From Eubacteriales bacterium (GTDB taxonomy: Bacteria; Bacillota; Clostridia; Oscillospirales; CAG-272), in contig JAZNXW010000023.1 of NCBI GenBank assembly GCA_045594085.1, forward strand, positions 363-64,362: a stretch of 64,000 nt of DNA, written 5' to 3'. Positions within the stretch are counted from its first letter, which is position 1, and each line of letters starts with the position of its first letter. The notes below the pieces were generated by a model. That model was not told the DNA's origin, made no database searches, and saw only the letters and a list, made by a program, of their open reading frames with translations. Below, in pieces: positions 47,942 to 57,185 of the stretch. The translations under genes and the position numbers were made by a program.

Positions 47942-49915
47942 GTGAGAGAGCATTACAGCGAACACAAAAATAAGAAATTTTACATTACCACCGCGATAGC
48001 ATACGCATCGCGCAAGCCTCATTTCGGAAACACCTACGAGGTCATTATGACAGACGCGATAGCGCGTTTTCGCCGTCAGATCGGAGAGAACGTCTTCTTC
48101 TGCACCGGTACGGACGAGCATGGCGAAAAGATCGAAAATCTCGCCAAGGACGCGGGCATCACACCGAAGGAGCACGTTGATAAGGTTGCCTCCGAGGTCA
48201 AGGGCATCTGGGACCTGATGAACACGAGCTACGATTATTTCATCCGTACAACGGACAAGAATCACGAGGAAGCCGTACAGCATATCTTCCGCAGAATGTA
48301 TGAAAAGGGCGACATATATAAAGGTCATTACGAGGGCTGGTATTGCGTACCTTGCGAAAGCTTCTTCACCGATACGCAGATAACGGACGGAAAGTGTCCC
48401 GACTGCGGCAGACCCGTTGAAAAGAAGAGAGAAGAGGCGTACTTCTTCCGTATGAGTAAATATGCGCCTGCGCTTATGAAGCATATCGAGGAAAATCCCG
48501 GCTTCATCGAGCCCGAAGGACGCAAAAAGGAAATGGTAAACAACTTCCTCGTTCCCGGACTTCAGGATCTTTGCGTTTCGCGCTCGTCCTTCAAGTGGGG
48601 AATTCCCGTATCCTTTGATGAAAATCACGTCACGTACGTTTGGCTTGACGCGCTGTCCAACTACATCACCGCGCTCGGATATGATCCCGATAATGATGAG
48701 CAGCCTGAGGCATTCCGCGAGCTCTGGCCCGCAGACGTGCATATTATAGGTAAGGACATTCTTCGTTTCCACACGATCTATTGGCCCATTTTCCTTATGT
48801 CGATGGGGCTTCCGCTCCCGAAGAAGGTCTTCGGCCATCCGTGGTTCAACTTCGGCGCGGACAAGATGTCAAAGTCCAAGGGCAACATCATCTACGCGGA
48901 CGATATGGCGAAGAAAGTCGGTGTTGACGGCGTAAGATACTACGCGCTTGCCGAAATGCCTTACGCATCCGATGGAAGCATCACATGGGAATCCGTTGTC
49001 AACAGATACAACACCGATCTTGCCAATAATCTTGGAAATCTCGTTCAGCGCACGCTTTCTATGGCGAAAAAATACTTCGACGGCATCGTTCCCGCTCCCG
49101 CAGAGGAAACGGAACTCGACCGTGAGCTCAAGGATGCATTCGCGACTGCTGTGGACGAGGTGTATAACTATATGCTGTCGTATCACATCGCGGATGCGGC
49201 TGAATCCATCTTCACTGCGCTCCGTCGCGCAAACAAGTACATCGACGAGACAACTCCCTGGTCGCTCGCAAAGGGCGGCGAGGCTGAGATCGCACGTCTC
49301 GGTACCGTTATTTACAATCTTCTCGAGGCGATCCGAATTGCGGCTGTTCTTCTTGTGCCCTTCGTTCCTCAGACAGCGGAGGATATCCTGACTCAGCTCG
49401 GTACGTCCGAACGTGATTATGACACGCTCGAGACGTTCGGCGCGCTCAAATCGGGAGTTCCCACGGGCGAGGCAAAGGCGCTCTTCGCGCGTATTGATGA
49501 GGCGAAGTTCCTTGCAGAGATCGAGGCTGAACGCGAAGCTGCGATCAAGGCTGCTGAAAAGGAAGCTAAGCAGAAGGAACGTCCCGAGGGCGTTGCTCGG
49601 ATAGGCATTGAGGATTTCATGAAGGTCGAGCTCCGCACGGCACAGATCCTCGAATGTGAAAAGGTGCCGAAGGCGAAAAAGCTTCTCAAGTTGAAGATCG
49701 ATCTCGGTTATGAGACGCGCACCGTCGTTTCGGGTATCGCAAAGTGGTATCAGCCCGACTCCCTGATCGGCAAGAAGATAATCGTCGTTGCAAATCTTGC
49801 ACCCGCAACTCTTTGCGGAATCGAGAGCAACGGAATGATCCTCGCATCGGGCGAGGACGAGGTAAGAGTCGTATTCCTTGCTGACGATACTCCTCTCGGA
49901 GAACGCGTAAGATAA
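47942..49915 (+). CDS. metG: Methionine--tRNA ligase with C-terminal tRNA-binding domain
   Basis: YITTAIAY, HFGN, GTDEHG, CxxC pairs, YVWLDAL, KMSKS; GTG start (alternative ATG 47918). Confidence 0.97.
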   Translation: MREHYSEHKNKKFYITTAIAYASRKPHFGNTYEVIMTDAIARFRRQIGENVFFCTGTDEHGEKIENLAKDAGITPKEHVDKVASEVKGIWDLMNTSYDYFIRTTDKNHEEAVQHIFRRMYEKGDIYKGHYEGWYCVPCESFFTDTQITDGKCPDCGRPVEKKREEAYFFRMSKYAPALMKHIEENPGFIEPEGRKKEMVNNFLVPGLQDLCVSRSSFKWGIPVSFDENHVTYVWLDALSNYITALGYDPDNDEQPEAFRELWPADVHIIGKDILRFHTIYWPIFLMSMGLPLPKKVFGHPWFNFGADKMSKSKGNIIYADDMAKKVGVDGVRYYALAEMPYASDGSITWESVVNRYNTDLANNLGNLVQRTLSMAKKYFDGIVPAPAEETELDRELKDAFATAVDEVYNYMLSYHIADAAESIFTALRRANKYIDETTPWSLAKGGEAEIARLGTVIYNLLEAIRIAAVLLVPFVPQTAEDILTQLGTSERDYDTLETFGALKSGVPTGEAKALFARIDEAKFLAEIEAEREAAIKAAEKEAKQKERPEGVARIGIEDFMKVELRTAQILECEKVPKAKKLLKLKIDLGYETRTVVSGIAKWYQPDSLIGKKIIVVANLAPATLCGIESNGMILASGEDEVRVVFLADDTPLGERVR

Positions 49916-50715
49916 TGATACTTTTTGACTCCCACGCACATTACGACGACGGCAGATTTGAGAGCGAATTTGAGGGCGGCGCCCTCGGCGCGCTCCGTGC
50001 CGCACGTGATGCGGGCGTGATGTACGTTGTAAATTCGGGCTCGTGCCTTCGCACGTCGAAAAACAACTTTGCTCTCGCAGAGTTGTCCGATACGGACGAA
50101 ACTCTCCCCGAAATTTACGTCTCTGCGGGAATTCATCCCTCAGAGACAGACTCCTATGAAAGTCTCGATTCCGCTATGGCAGAGCTTGAAGCGATGCTTT
50201 CGCATCCGCGATGCGTCGCCGTAGGAGAGATCGGTCTCGACTATCACTATCCCGACACGGATAAAGTCGCACAGCACGAGCTTTTCGAGGCACAGCTCGC
50301 GCTTGCGAAAAAGCACGGCTTACCCGTTGTCATCCATTCACGCGACGCACACGGTGATACGTTTGACATACTGAAAAAGCATCGCGGCGAAAAGATTATG
50401 CTTCACTGCTATTCCGGAAGTGCCGAAATGGCAAGACAATATGCGGAGATGGGATTTTCGTTTTCATTCGGCGGTGTTTTGACGTTCAAAAACGCGGCTA
50501 AAACGAAGGAAGCGGCTCTTGCGGTCCCCCGTGAAAGCCTGCTTCTTGAAACGGACTGCCCGTATCTCGCACCCGTGCCTCACAGAGGTAAGCTTAACTA
50601 CTCTGGATATATGTCTCATACTGCGGCGGTGCTTGCCGAGCTGCTCGGCATCACAGCCGATGAAGCGGCATATCTTGCGTCGGAGAATGCAAAGGCATTC
50701 TTTGGCATAAACTGA
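49915..50715 (+). CDS. tatD: TatD-family nuclease
   Basis: DSHAH, GIHP, GEIGLDY, HSRDA, HCYSG, ETDCPYL. Confidence 0.93.
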   Translation: MILFDSHAHYDDGRFESEFEGGALGALRAARDAGVMYVVNSGSCLRTSKNNFALAELSDTDETLPEIYVSAGIHPSETDSYESLDSAMAELEAMLSHPRCVAVGEIGLDYHYPDTDKVAQHELFEAQLALAKKHGLPVVIHSRDAHGDTFDILKKHRGEKIMLHCYSGSAEMARQYAEMGFSFSFGGVLTFKNAAKTKEAALAVPRESLLLETDCPYLAPVPHRGKLNYSGYMSHTAAVLAELLGITADEAAYLASENAKAFFGIN

Positions 50716-50738
50716 ATCGGAAAGGAGGAAAACCGAGG

Positions 50739-51977
50739 ATGATAATAAGACCAAAATCAAAGGACGACGCCCTGAGCGGAAGCGTGCTTCTTGTCGCGGC
50801 GCTCATAATTGCGATCATTATGGTGACGGTGTATTTCGTCGGCGCGCAGTTCCGTAATGCGGATGGAGAATCTGACTCGGATTTTCCGAGCGGATCCGAT
50901 GGCGGTGCGGAGATTGAGCCCGTGCCCGATTTCGATGAACCTGAGCCTGTGCCGGACGGCACGCAGACGGAAGAGGATGACGTTAGTGACGGCGAATCCG
51001 AGTCGGAGTTTGAATCGGAAACTGAAACTGAGACTGAAACTGAAACTGTGACTGAAACTGAAACTGAAACGGAAACTGAAACTGAAACGGAGCCTCCCGA
51101 AACCACAACGACTCCTCCCGAAACAACAACGCAGCCTCCCGAAACGACAACCAAGCCCCCTGAAACAACGACCAAGCCTCCCGAAACAACGACGGAGACA
51201 ACCACGAAGGAGGATGATCCCGAGCCGGGTCCCGTTGAAAGCTTGCCGATCTACGTCGACGGAACGCTTGTTTCGTCCCTTGAGGTAACATACGTAAACG
51301 GCACGGCGTTTGTGCCTGTTTGCGGATTTGCGACGGCGGTCGATGATGCGGAGCACTCTTTGCGCGACAACAAAGACACCGCAAAGGTGACGGCGGAAGG
51401 CCTTTCCGTCACTGCGTCTGTGGGCGATCCTTACATAATTGCGAACGGCAGAGCACTGCCGCTTCAAAAATCAGGTAAACCGTCTGTGACGGTTACGCTG
51501 ATAGATGGCAATGTTGCGGCTCCCGTGGCTGTGCTTGCAAAGGTGTTCGTTTCCTCTGTTGAGGAGAAAGAGGACGGTGTTTACGTCTCATCCTCGAGCG
51601 CTTACATCGAGTCCGGTGACGAATTTTACGATGCCGAGGAGCTGTATCTCATTTCTCACGTTGTCAATCTTGAGGCGGGATACGAAAGCTTTAACGGCAA
51701 GCTCGCCGTTGCGAGTGTTATAATGAACCGCGTTGCGGGCAGTGAATTCCCCGACACGGTCTACAGCGTCGTTTATCAGAAAAATCAGTTTTCGGTCGTT
51801 GATTCGTCGAGGTTTGATGACGAGCCGAATGCGGACAGTCTCATCGCAGCTAAAATGATACTTGAAGGTTACAGATACGATAAGCGTATTCTCTTCTTCG
51901 ATTCGACCGGCGACAGCTGGGCGGCTGAAAACAGGACTTTCCTTTACAAGCTCGGCGGACATTATTTCTATGATTAA
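50739..51977 (+). CDS. Membrane-anchored SleB/CwlJ-like cell wall hydrolase with Glu/Thr/Pro stalk
   Basis: N-terminal TM; VVNLEAG, AVASVIMNRV, FPDTV..VVYQKNQF, GGHYF. Confidence 0.85.
   Translation: MIIRPKSKDDALSGSVLLVAALIIAIIMVTVYFVGAQFRNADGESDSDFPSGSDGGAEIEPVPDFDEPEPVPDGTQTEEDDVSDGESESEFESETETETETETVTETETETETETETEPPETTTTPPETTTQPPETTTKPPETTTKPPETTTETTTKEDDPEPGPVESLPIYVDGTLVSSLEVTYVNGTAFVPVCGFATAVDDAEHSLRDNKDTAKVTAEGLSVTASVGDPYIIANGRALPLQKSGKPSVTVTLIDGNVAAPVAVLAKVFVSSVEEKEDGVYVSSSSAYIESGDEFYDAEELYLISHVVNLEAGYESFNGKLAVASVIMNRVAGSEFPDTVYSVVYQKNQFSVVDSSRFDDEPNADSLIAAKMILEGYRYDKRILFFDSTGDSWAAENRTFLYKLGGHYFYD
51018..51197 (+). repeat. Coding tandem repeats: 12 x 6 bp (ET) and 5 x 21 bp (PPETTTx)
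   Basis: GAAACT-like units 51018-51089; 21-bp units 51093-51197. Confidence 0.95.
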
Positions 51978-52010
51978 CAAAAAGCCCCTCACGTGAGGGG
52001 CTTTTTGTTA
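51975..52010. terminator. Bidirectional terminator (perfect 36-bp palindrome)
   Basis: TAACAAAAAGCCCCTCAC/GTGAGGGGCTTTTTGTTA. Confidence 0.92.
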
Positions 52011-52484
52011 TTCGATCTCTGTGTGGAGCTTTAAAGCTTCGGGAAGGAAATCGAGCTTGTCCTTTATGAACAAAGGATAGAAATATTCATCCTTCAGATG
52101 ATTGACGTCGAGCCATTCGAAATCGTGGACGTGGTGCCGCTCACGGAGAGTGAATCGCTCTCCTTTTTCAAGCAGAGGAGTTTTTGAGACATCGACGAGA
52201 AAATAAAGACAGAGCTCGTGAAAGCGCTCTTTGTTTACGTCCTCGGTGAAAAAGCTCTGATTGAGCCAAAGCGGACGGACGATCTCTGCGTCGATCTCAA
52301 GCTCCTCCTTCAGCTCTCTTAAAATTGCCGATTCAGCTGTCTCGTGAAGTGCGACTCTCCCACCCGGCAGATAATAATACGGCGAACGCTCGTCGTGCAT
52401 TGCGAGGATCCTTCCGTCGTGCAGGATCACGGCACATACGCGATAGTTGAATCTGCCTTCGGGCGTTTTGAAGGTTATGTCCAT
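52008..52484 (-). CDS. NUDIX hydrolase
   Basis: LPGG..ETAESAILRELKEEL Nudix box. Confidence 0.92.
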   Translation of the reverse strand: MDITFKTPEGRFNYRVCAVILHDGRILAMHDERSPYYYLPGGRVALHETAESAILRELKEELEIDAEIVRPLWLNQSFFTEDVNKERFHELCLYFLVDVSKTPLLEKGERFTLRERHHVHDFEWLDVNHLKDEYFYPLFIKDKLDFLPEALKLHTEIE

Positions 52485-52508
52485 ATGTTGCCTCCTTGTT
52501 TGGAAAAT

Positions 52509-52545
52509 AAAAGCACGGACGCGCTGTGAGCGGGCGTGTCCGTGC
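52509..52545 (-). terminator. Terminator after rpsT
   Basis: GCACGGAC..GTCCGTGC then TTTTATTTT on minus strand. Confidence 0.8.
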
Positions 52546-52560
52546 GGCTTGTTTATTTAC

Positions 52561-52824
52561 TTATGCGAGCTGGGAGAGCGCCTTGGTGAACTGGCTCTTC
52601 TTGCGAGCTGCGGTATTCTTGTGGATGATACCCTTAGCTACACCCTGGTCGATCTTCTTAACGGTTTCACGGTAGATAACCGCTGCGGCTTCCTTATCGC
52701 CTGCTTCGAGAGCAGCATTGTACTTGCGGATGGAAGTGTGGAGAGCCGACTTGAACATTCTGTTCTGAAGGTTCTTCTTCTCGCTTACGCGAACGCGCTT
52801 TTTCGCGGACTTGATGTTAGGCAT
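52561..52824 (-). CDS. rpsT: 30S ribosomal protein S20
   Basis: MPNIKSAKKR, KGIIHKNTAARKKS. Confidence 0.98.
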   Translation of the reverse strand: MPNIKSAKKRVRVSEKKNLQNRMFKSALHTSIRKYNAALEAGDKEAAAVIYRETVKKIDQGVAKGIIHKNTAARKKSQFTKALSQLA

Positions 52825-52923
52825 GGTCTGTTCCTCCTATAATATTTGTGTTTTGATATTCTGCAGATGAACTGCCGACGCCTGAGAGGGTGCGTCGAGC
52901 GCATTCTCGCTTCACAATGATAT

Positions 52924-52952
52924 ATATTACCACGGTCTTTTGAAAATAGCAA
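52924..52952 (-). promoter_or_regulatory. Sigma-A promoter of rpsT
   Basis: TTGCTA-17-TAATAT with extended TG. Confidence 0.6.
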
Positions 52953-53111
52953 TACCTAATTTGAAAAAAACTTAATATTTTTTCGAAAAAAGCTCCGGGA
53001 ACGCTAAAATTTACAAAATGTTAACAAGTAAAAAGAGTGTAAACAATCAAAAAACAAAGTGTAAATTGGTGCCAAAATCCGCCCAATTATATAATAATTG
53101 TTGAATATCTC

Positions 53112-53140
53112 TTGACAATCCGAGGGGTGGGTGCTAAAAT
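53112..53140 (+). promoter_or_regulatory. Sigma-A promoter of rpoBC
   Basis: TTGACA-17-TAAAAT with extended TG. Confidence 0.8.
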
Positions 53141-53239
53141 AATAAACTGCATTGTTTTGTGCTTATATAATGATATAATTATATAATAATATGCGTCAAA
53201 AATGTATTTGAAAGATATAAGAAGGAGTGACCGATCAAC

Positions 53240-56200
53240 ATGGTAAAACCCCAGAAACTCGGAAGAAACACTCGAATGAGCTTCTCGAAAATCGATGAAG
53301 TTCTCGAGATTCCGAACCTTTTAGAGGTGCAGAAGAAGTCGTTCAAATGGTTCGTTGAGGAGGGCCTCATGGAAGTATTCCGTGACATTTCCCCTATCTC
53401 CAACTATTCCGGCAATCTTCTGATCGATTTTGTGTCGTACAACCTTGAAGCTAAGCCGAAGTATACGGTTGAAGAATGCAAGGAACACGACGCCAACTAC
53501 GCCGCACCGCTTAAGGTAAACGTTCGTCTCACCAATAAGCAGACCGGCGAGGTCAAGCAGTCCGAAATTTTCATGGGCGATTTCCCGCTTATGACGGAAA
53601 AGGGTACTTTTGTCATCAACGGCGCGGAGCGCGTTATCGTTTCGCAGATCGTCCGTTCTCCCGGAATCTATTACGATTCCCAGATCGATAAGACGGGTAA
53701 ACGTCTTTACACCGCTCAGGTCATCCCCTATCGCGGAGCATGGCTTGAATACGAAACGGACGTAAACGACATCTTCTACGTCAAGATCGACAAAAACAGA
53801 AAGCTCCCCATCACCGTACTCATCCGCGCTCTCGGCATTGAAACCGAGCGTGACATCGTTGAGTACTTCGGTGAGGAAAAGATACTTCTCGAGTCCGCGC
53901 GCAAGGACGAGCTTGCAAAGCAGGCGCTCGAAAACGGTACCACCGAGGGCGAAGAAGCGCTCAAGGAGATCTATAAGCGTATGCGTCCGGGCGAGCCCGC
54001 TATCGTAGAAAGCGCTCAGATCCTTATCAATAATTCGTTCTTCGATCCCAAGAGATACGATCTTGCTCCCGTCGGACGCTATAAGTTCGACAAGAAGCTT
54101 GCGCTCGCTCAGCGTATCAAGAACCACAAGCTTGCCGCTGATGTCGTAAGCCCCGTTACGGGTGAAGTCGTTGCGGAAGCAGGCGAAGTCCTCACGTTTG
54201 AAAGAGCTACCGAGATCGAAAATTCCTGCGTGAATACGGTTTATCTCGAGGCATCCGACGGTGCAACCGTTAAGGTCTTCTCCAATAATACCGTTGATCC
54301 CGTCAACGTGCTCGGCTACTCTCTTGCGGATTGCGGCGTTTCCGAAAAGTGTGACTATGCTATCCTCTCCGAGATCATCGAAGAGGCTGACGGCGATGAA
54401 GAAACGATCAAATCTCTCGTTAAGCGCAGAATTAATGAGCTCTGCCCGAAGCATATCACCAAGGCGGACATTTTCGCAACGGTAAACTACCTGCTCAACC
54501 TCACTCACGAGATCGGCTCCATGGACGATATCGACCATCTCGGCAACCGCCGTCTCCGTTCTGTCGGTGAGCTTCTGCAGAACCAGTTCCGAATCGGTCT
54601 TTCCAGAATGGACAAGAACATCAAGGAAAAGATGTCTATCCAGGATAACGAGACCGTAACTCCTCAGCAGCTTATCAATATCAGACCTGTGACAACGGCG
54701 ATCCGCGAATTCTTCGGATCCTCTCCGCTGTCTCAGTTCATGGACCAGAATAACCCGCTTGCAGAGCTTACTCACAAGCGCCGTCTGTCTGCTCTCGGTC
54801 CCGGCGGTCTGTCCCGTGACCGTGCATCCTTCGACGTCCGTGACGTTCACTACACGCACTACGGAAGAATGTGCCCGATCGAGACTCCCGAAGGTCCGAA
54901 CATCGGTCTTATTTCTTATCTTTCCACATACGCTCGCATCAGCGATTACGGCTTCATCGAAGCTCCGTACCGCAAGGTCGAGCACATCAAGGATCCTGAA
55001 ACGGGCGTCGTAAAGAGCCGCGTTACAAACGAGATCCAGTATATGACCGCTGACGTAGAAGATAACTACGTTGTGGCTCAGGCAAACGAACCCCTCGACG
55101 AGGATTCCTTCTTCATCAATCGCAGAGTTGCCGCACGTGACCGCGCAGAGATCATCGAGACCTCTCACGAAAACGTCGATTTTATGGATGTGTCCCCCAA
55201 GATGGTCGTTTCCGTTGCTACGGCGATGATCCCCTTCCTTGAAAATGATGACAACTCCCGTGCACTTATGGGTTCGAACATGCAGAAGCAGGCAGTTCCG
55301 CTTCTCGTTACCGATTCCCCCATCGTCGGTACAGGTATGGAGTACAAGGCGGCTATGGACTCGGGTGTGGTCGTTATCAATGAGGAAGGCGGCTTCGTTG
55401 AGCGCGTAAGCGCAGATGAGATCACCATTCACGGCGATTCCGGCGCAAAGAAAACATATCACCTCACCAAGTTCAAGAGAAGCAACCAGAGCACTTGCAT
55501 CAACCAGCGTCCTATCGTTAAGGTAGGCGAGCGTGTTGAAGCGGGCGAATGCATTGCCGACGGTCAGTCTACCGATAAGGGTGAGATCTCCCTCGGTAAG
55601 AACGCTCTGATCGGCTTTATGAGCTGGGAAGGCTACAACTACGAGGACGCGGTACTCCTCAACGAACGTCTCGTTCGCGATGACGTTTATACGTCCATCC
55701 ACGTTGAGGAATACTCCCACGAAGCAAGAGAAACCAAGCTCGGACCGGAAGAGATCACCCGCGAGATTCCCAACGTCGGTGAAGATGCACTCAAGGATCT
55801 TACCGCTGAGGGTATCGTTAAGATCGGTACAGAGGTCAGAGCCGGTGATATTCTCGTCGGTAAGGTAACGCCTAAGGGCGAGACTGAACTGACCGCAGAG
55901 GAAAGACTCCTCCGCGCTATCTTCGGTGAAAAGTCCCGTGAAGTAAGAGATACCTCTCTCCGTGTTCCTCACGGTGAAAACGGTATCGTTATCGACGTTA
56001 AGGTGTTCTCCCGTGAAAACAGCGATGACCTCGCTCCCGGTGTCACCAAGGTCGTAAGAGTATATATCGCACAGAAGAGAAAGATCTCCGTCGGAGACAA
56101 GATGGCGGGCCGTCACGGTAACAAGGGTGTCGTTTCCCGTATTCTTCCTCCCGAGGATATGCCTTTCCTTCCCGACGGCACACCGCTTGATATCGTCCTG

Positions 56201-57142
56201 AACCCCCTCGGCGTTCCTTCCCGAATGAACATCGGTCAGGTGCTTGAGGTCCATCTCGGTATGGCGGCAAGAACCCTCGGCTGGAAGGTTATGACCCCCG
56301 TATTTGACGGTGCAAACGAAAAGGATATCACCGAGTGCCTCGCTGAAGCAGGTCTCGGACGTGCTCCGTTTGCAAATGAAAATTACGACGGCAAGCCGCT
56401 TTACGAGCTCATCGACGTTGTTGACGGCAGGGAAAAGTATCGCGTGCTTACCGCTGAAGAAAAGGCGGATAAGGACTATCAGAAGGCGCTCATCGCTGAA
56501 GATAAGCTCCGCATTGTTGACGGTAAGACGAAGCTTTATGACGGAAGAACGGGAGAACCCTTCGATAACCCCGTTACCGTCGGTATCATGTATTACCTCA
56601 AGCTCCACCACCTCGTTGACGATAAGATCCACGCACGTTCCACGGGGCCCTACTCCCTCATCACTCAGCAGCCTCTCGGCGGTAAAGCCCAGTTCGGCGG
56701 TCAGAGATTCGGTGAGATGGAAGTTTGGGCGCTTGAGGCATACGGCGCGGCTTACACCCTCCAGGAGATCCTCACTGTCAAGTCCGACGACGTTATCGGC
56801 CGTGTGAAGACCTACGAGGCTATCGTCAAGGGTCAGAACATCCCGCAGCCCGGCGTTCCCGAATCCTTCAAGGTCCTTGTCAAGGAGCTTCAGTCTCTTG
56901 CTCTGGACGTAAAGGTTCTCGACCGCGATGGAAACGAGATCGAGCTCTCCTCCCTCTCCGAGGAGCTTGATCCCCCGAACGTTGTTTCCGACGTGAACGA
57001 AAATGACGTCGGAGAAACCGTTGATGCGGGCGACTATCATAAGGATTCCTTCGTTGAAAAGAATCCCGATGAATCCGACGACTACATCTACGCCGACAGC
57101 TACGCTGACGAATCCGATTATGCAGACGAAGATTACGAGTGA
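53240..57142 (+). CDS. rpoB: RNA polymerase beta subunit
   Basis: [36 protein letters not shown]. Confidence 0.99.
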   Translation: MVKPQKLGRNTRMSFSKIDEVLEIPNLLEVQKKSFKWFVEEGLMEVFRDISPISNYSGNLLIDFVSYNLEAKPKYTVEECKEHDANYAAPLKVNVRLTNKQTGEVKQSEIFMGDFPLMTEKGTFVINGAERVIVSQIVRSPGIYYDSQIDKTGKRLYTAQVIPYRGAWLEYETDVNDIFYVKIDKNRKLPITVLIRALGIETERDIVEYFGEEKILLESARKDELAKQALENGTTEGEEALKEIYKRMRPGEPAIVESAQILINNSFFDPKRYDLAPVGRYKFDKKLALAQRIKNHKLAADVVSPVTGEVVAEAGEVLTFERATEIENSCVNTVYLEASDGATVKVFSNNTVDPVNVLGYSLADCGVSEKCDYAILSEIIEEADGDEETIKSLVKRRINELCPKHITKADIFATVNYLLNLTHEIGSMDDIDHLGNRRLRSVGELLQNQFRIGLSRMDKNIKEKMSIQDNETVTPQQLINIRPVTTAIREFFGSSPLSQFMDQNNPLAELTHKRRLSALGPGGLSRDRASFDVRDVHYTHYGRMCPIETPEGPNIGLISYLSTYARISDYGFIEAPYRKVEHIKDPETGVVKSRVTNEIQYMTADVEDNYVVAQANEPLDEDSFFINRRVAARDRAEIIETSHENVDFMDVSPKMVVSVATAMIPFLENDDNSRALMGSNMQKQAVPLLVTDSPIVGTGMEYKAAMDSGVVVINEEGGFVERVSADEITIHGDSGAKKTYHLTKFKRSNQSTCINQRPIVKVGERVEAGECIADGQSTDKGEISLGKNALIGFMSWEGYNYEDAVLLNERLVRDDVYTSIHVEEYSHEARETKLGPEEITREIPNVGEDALKDLTAEGIVKIGTEVRAGDILVGKVTPKGETELTAEERLLRAIFGEKSREVRDTSLRVPHGENGIVIDVKVFSRENSDDLAPGVTKVVRVYIAQKRKISVGDKMAGRHGNKGVVSRILPPEDMPFLPDGTPLDIVLNPLGVPSRMNIGQVLEVHLGMAARTLGWKVMTPVFDGANEKDITECLAEAGLGRAPFANENYDGKPLYELIDVVDGREKYRVLTAEEKADKDYQKALIAEDKLRIVDGKTKLYDGRTGEPFDNPVTVGIMYYLKLHHLVDDKIHARSTGPYSLITQQPLGGKAQFGGQRFGEMEVWALEAYGAAYTLQEILTVKSDDVIGRVKTYEAIVKGQNIPQPGVPESFKVLVKELQSLALDVKVLDRDGNEIELSSLSEELDPPNVVSDVNENDVGETVDAGDYHKDSFVEKNPDESDDYIYADSYADESDYADEDYE

Positions 57143-57185
57143 TCTTCCCACGTCTCAAACTGAACAAAGAAGGGTAAATATATAA

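Noticed and set aside
51018-51197. Possible CRISPR or non-coding repeat array
   Set aside because: In-frame 6- and 21-bp coding repeats with no spacers and no cas genes
52861-52912. Glycine riboswitch suggested by CTCTCAGG on the minus strand
   Set aside because: Other aptamer motifs (GGAGA, CCGAAG) are absent and rpsT is not a plausible target
54709-54810. RpoB SSPLSQ as a rifampicin-resistance allele
   Set aside because: Key contact residues (Q, D, H, R, S of cluster I) are wild type; the Pro is more likely a lineage variant
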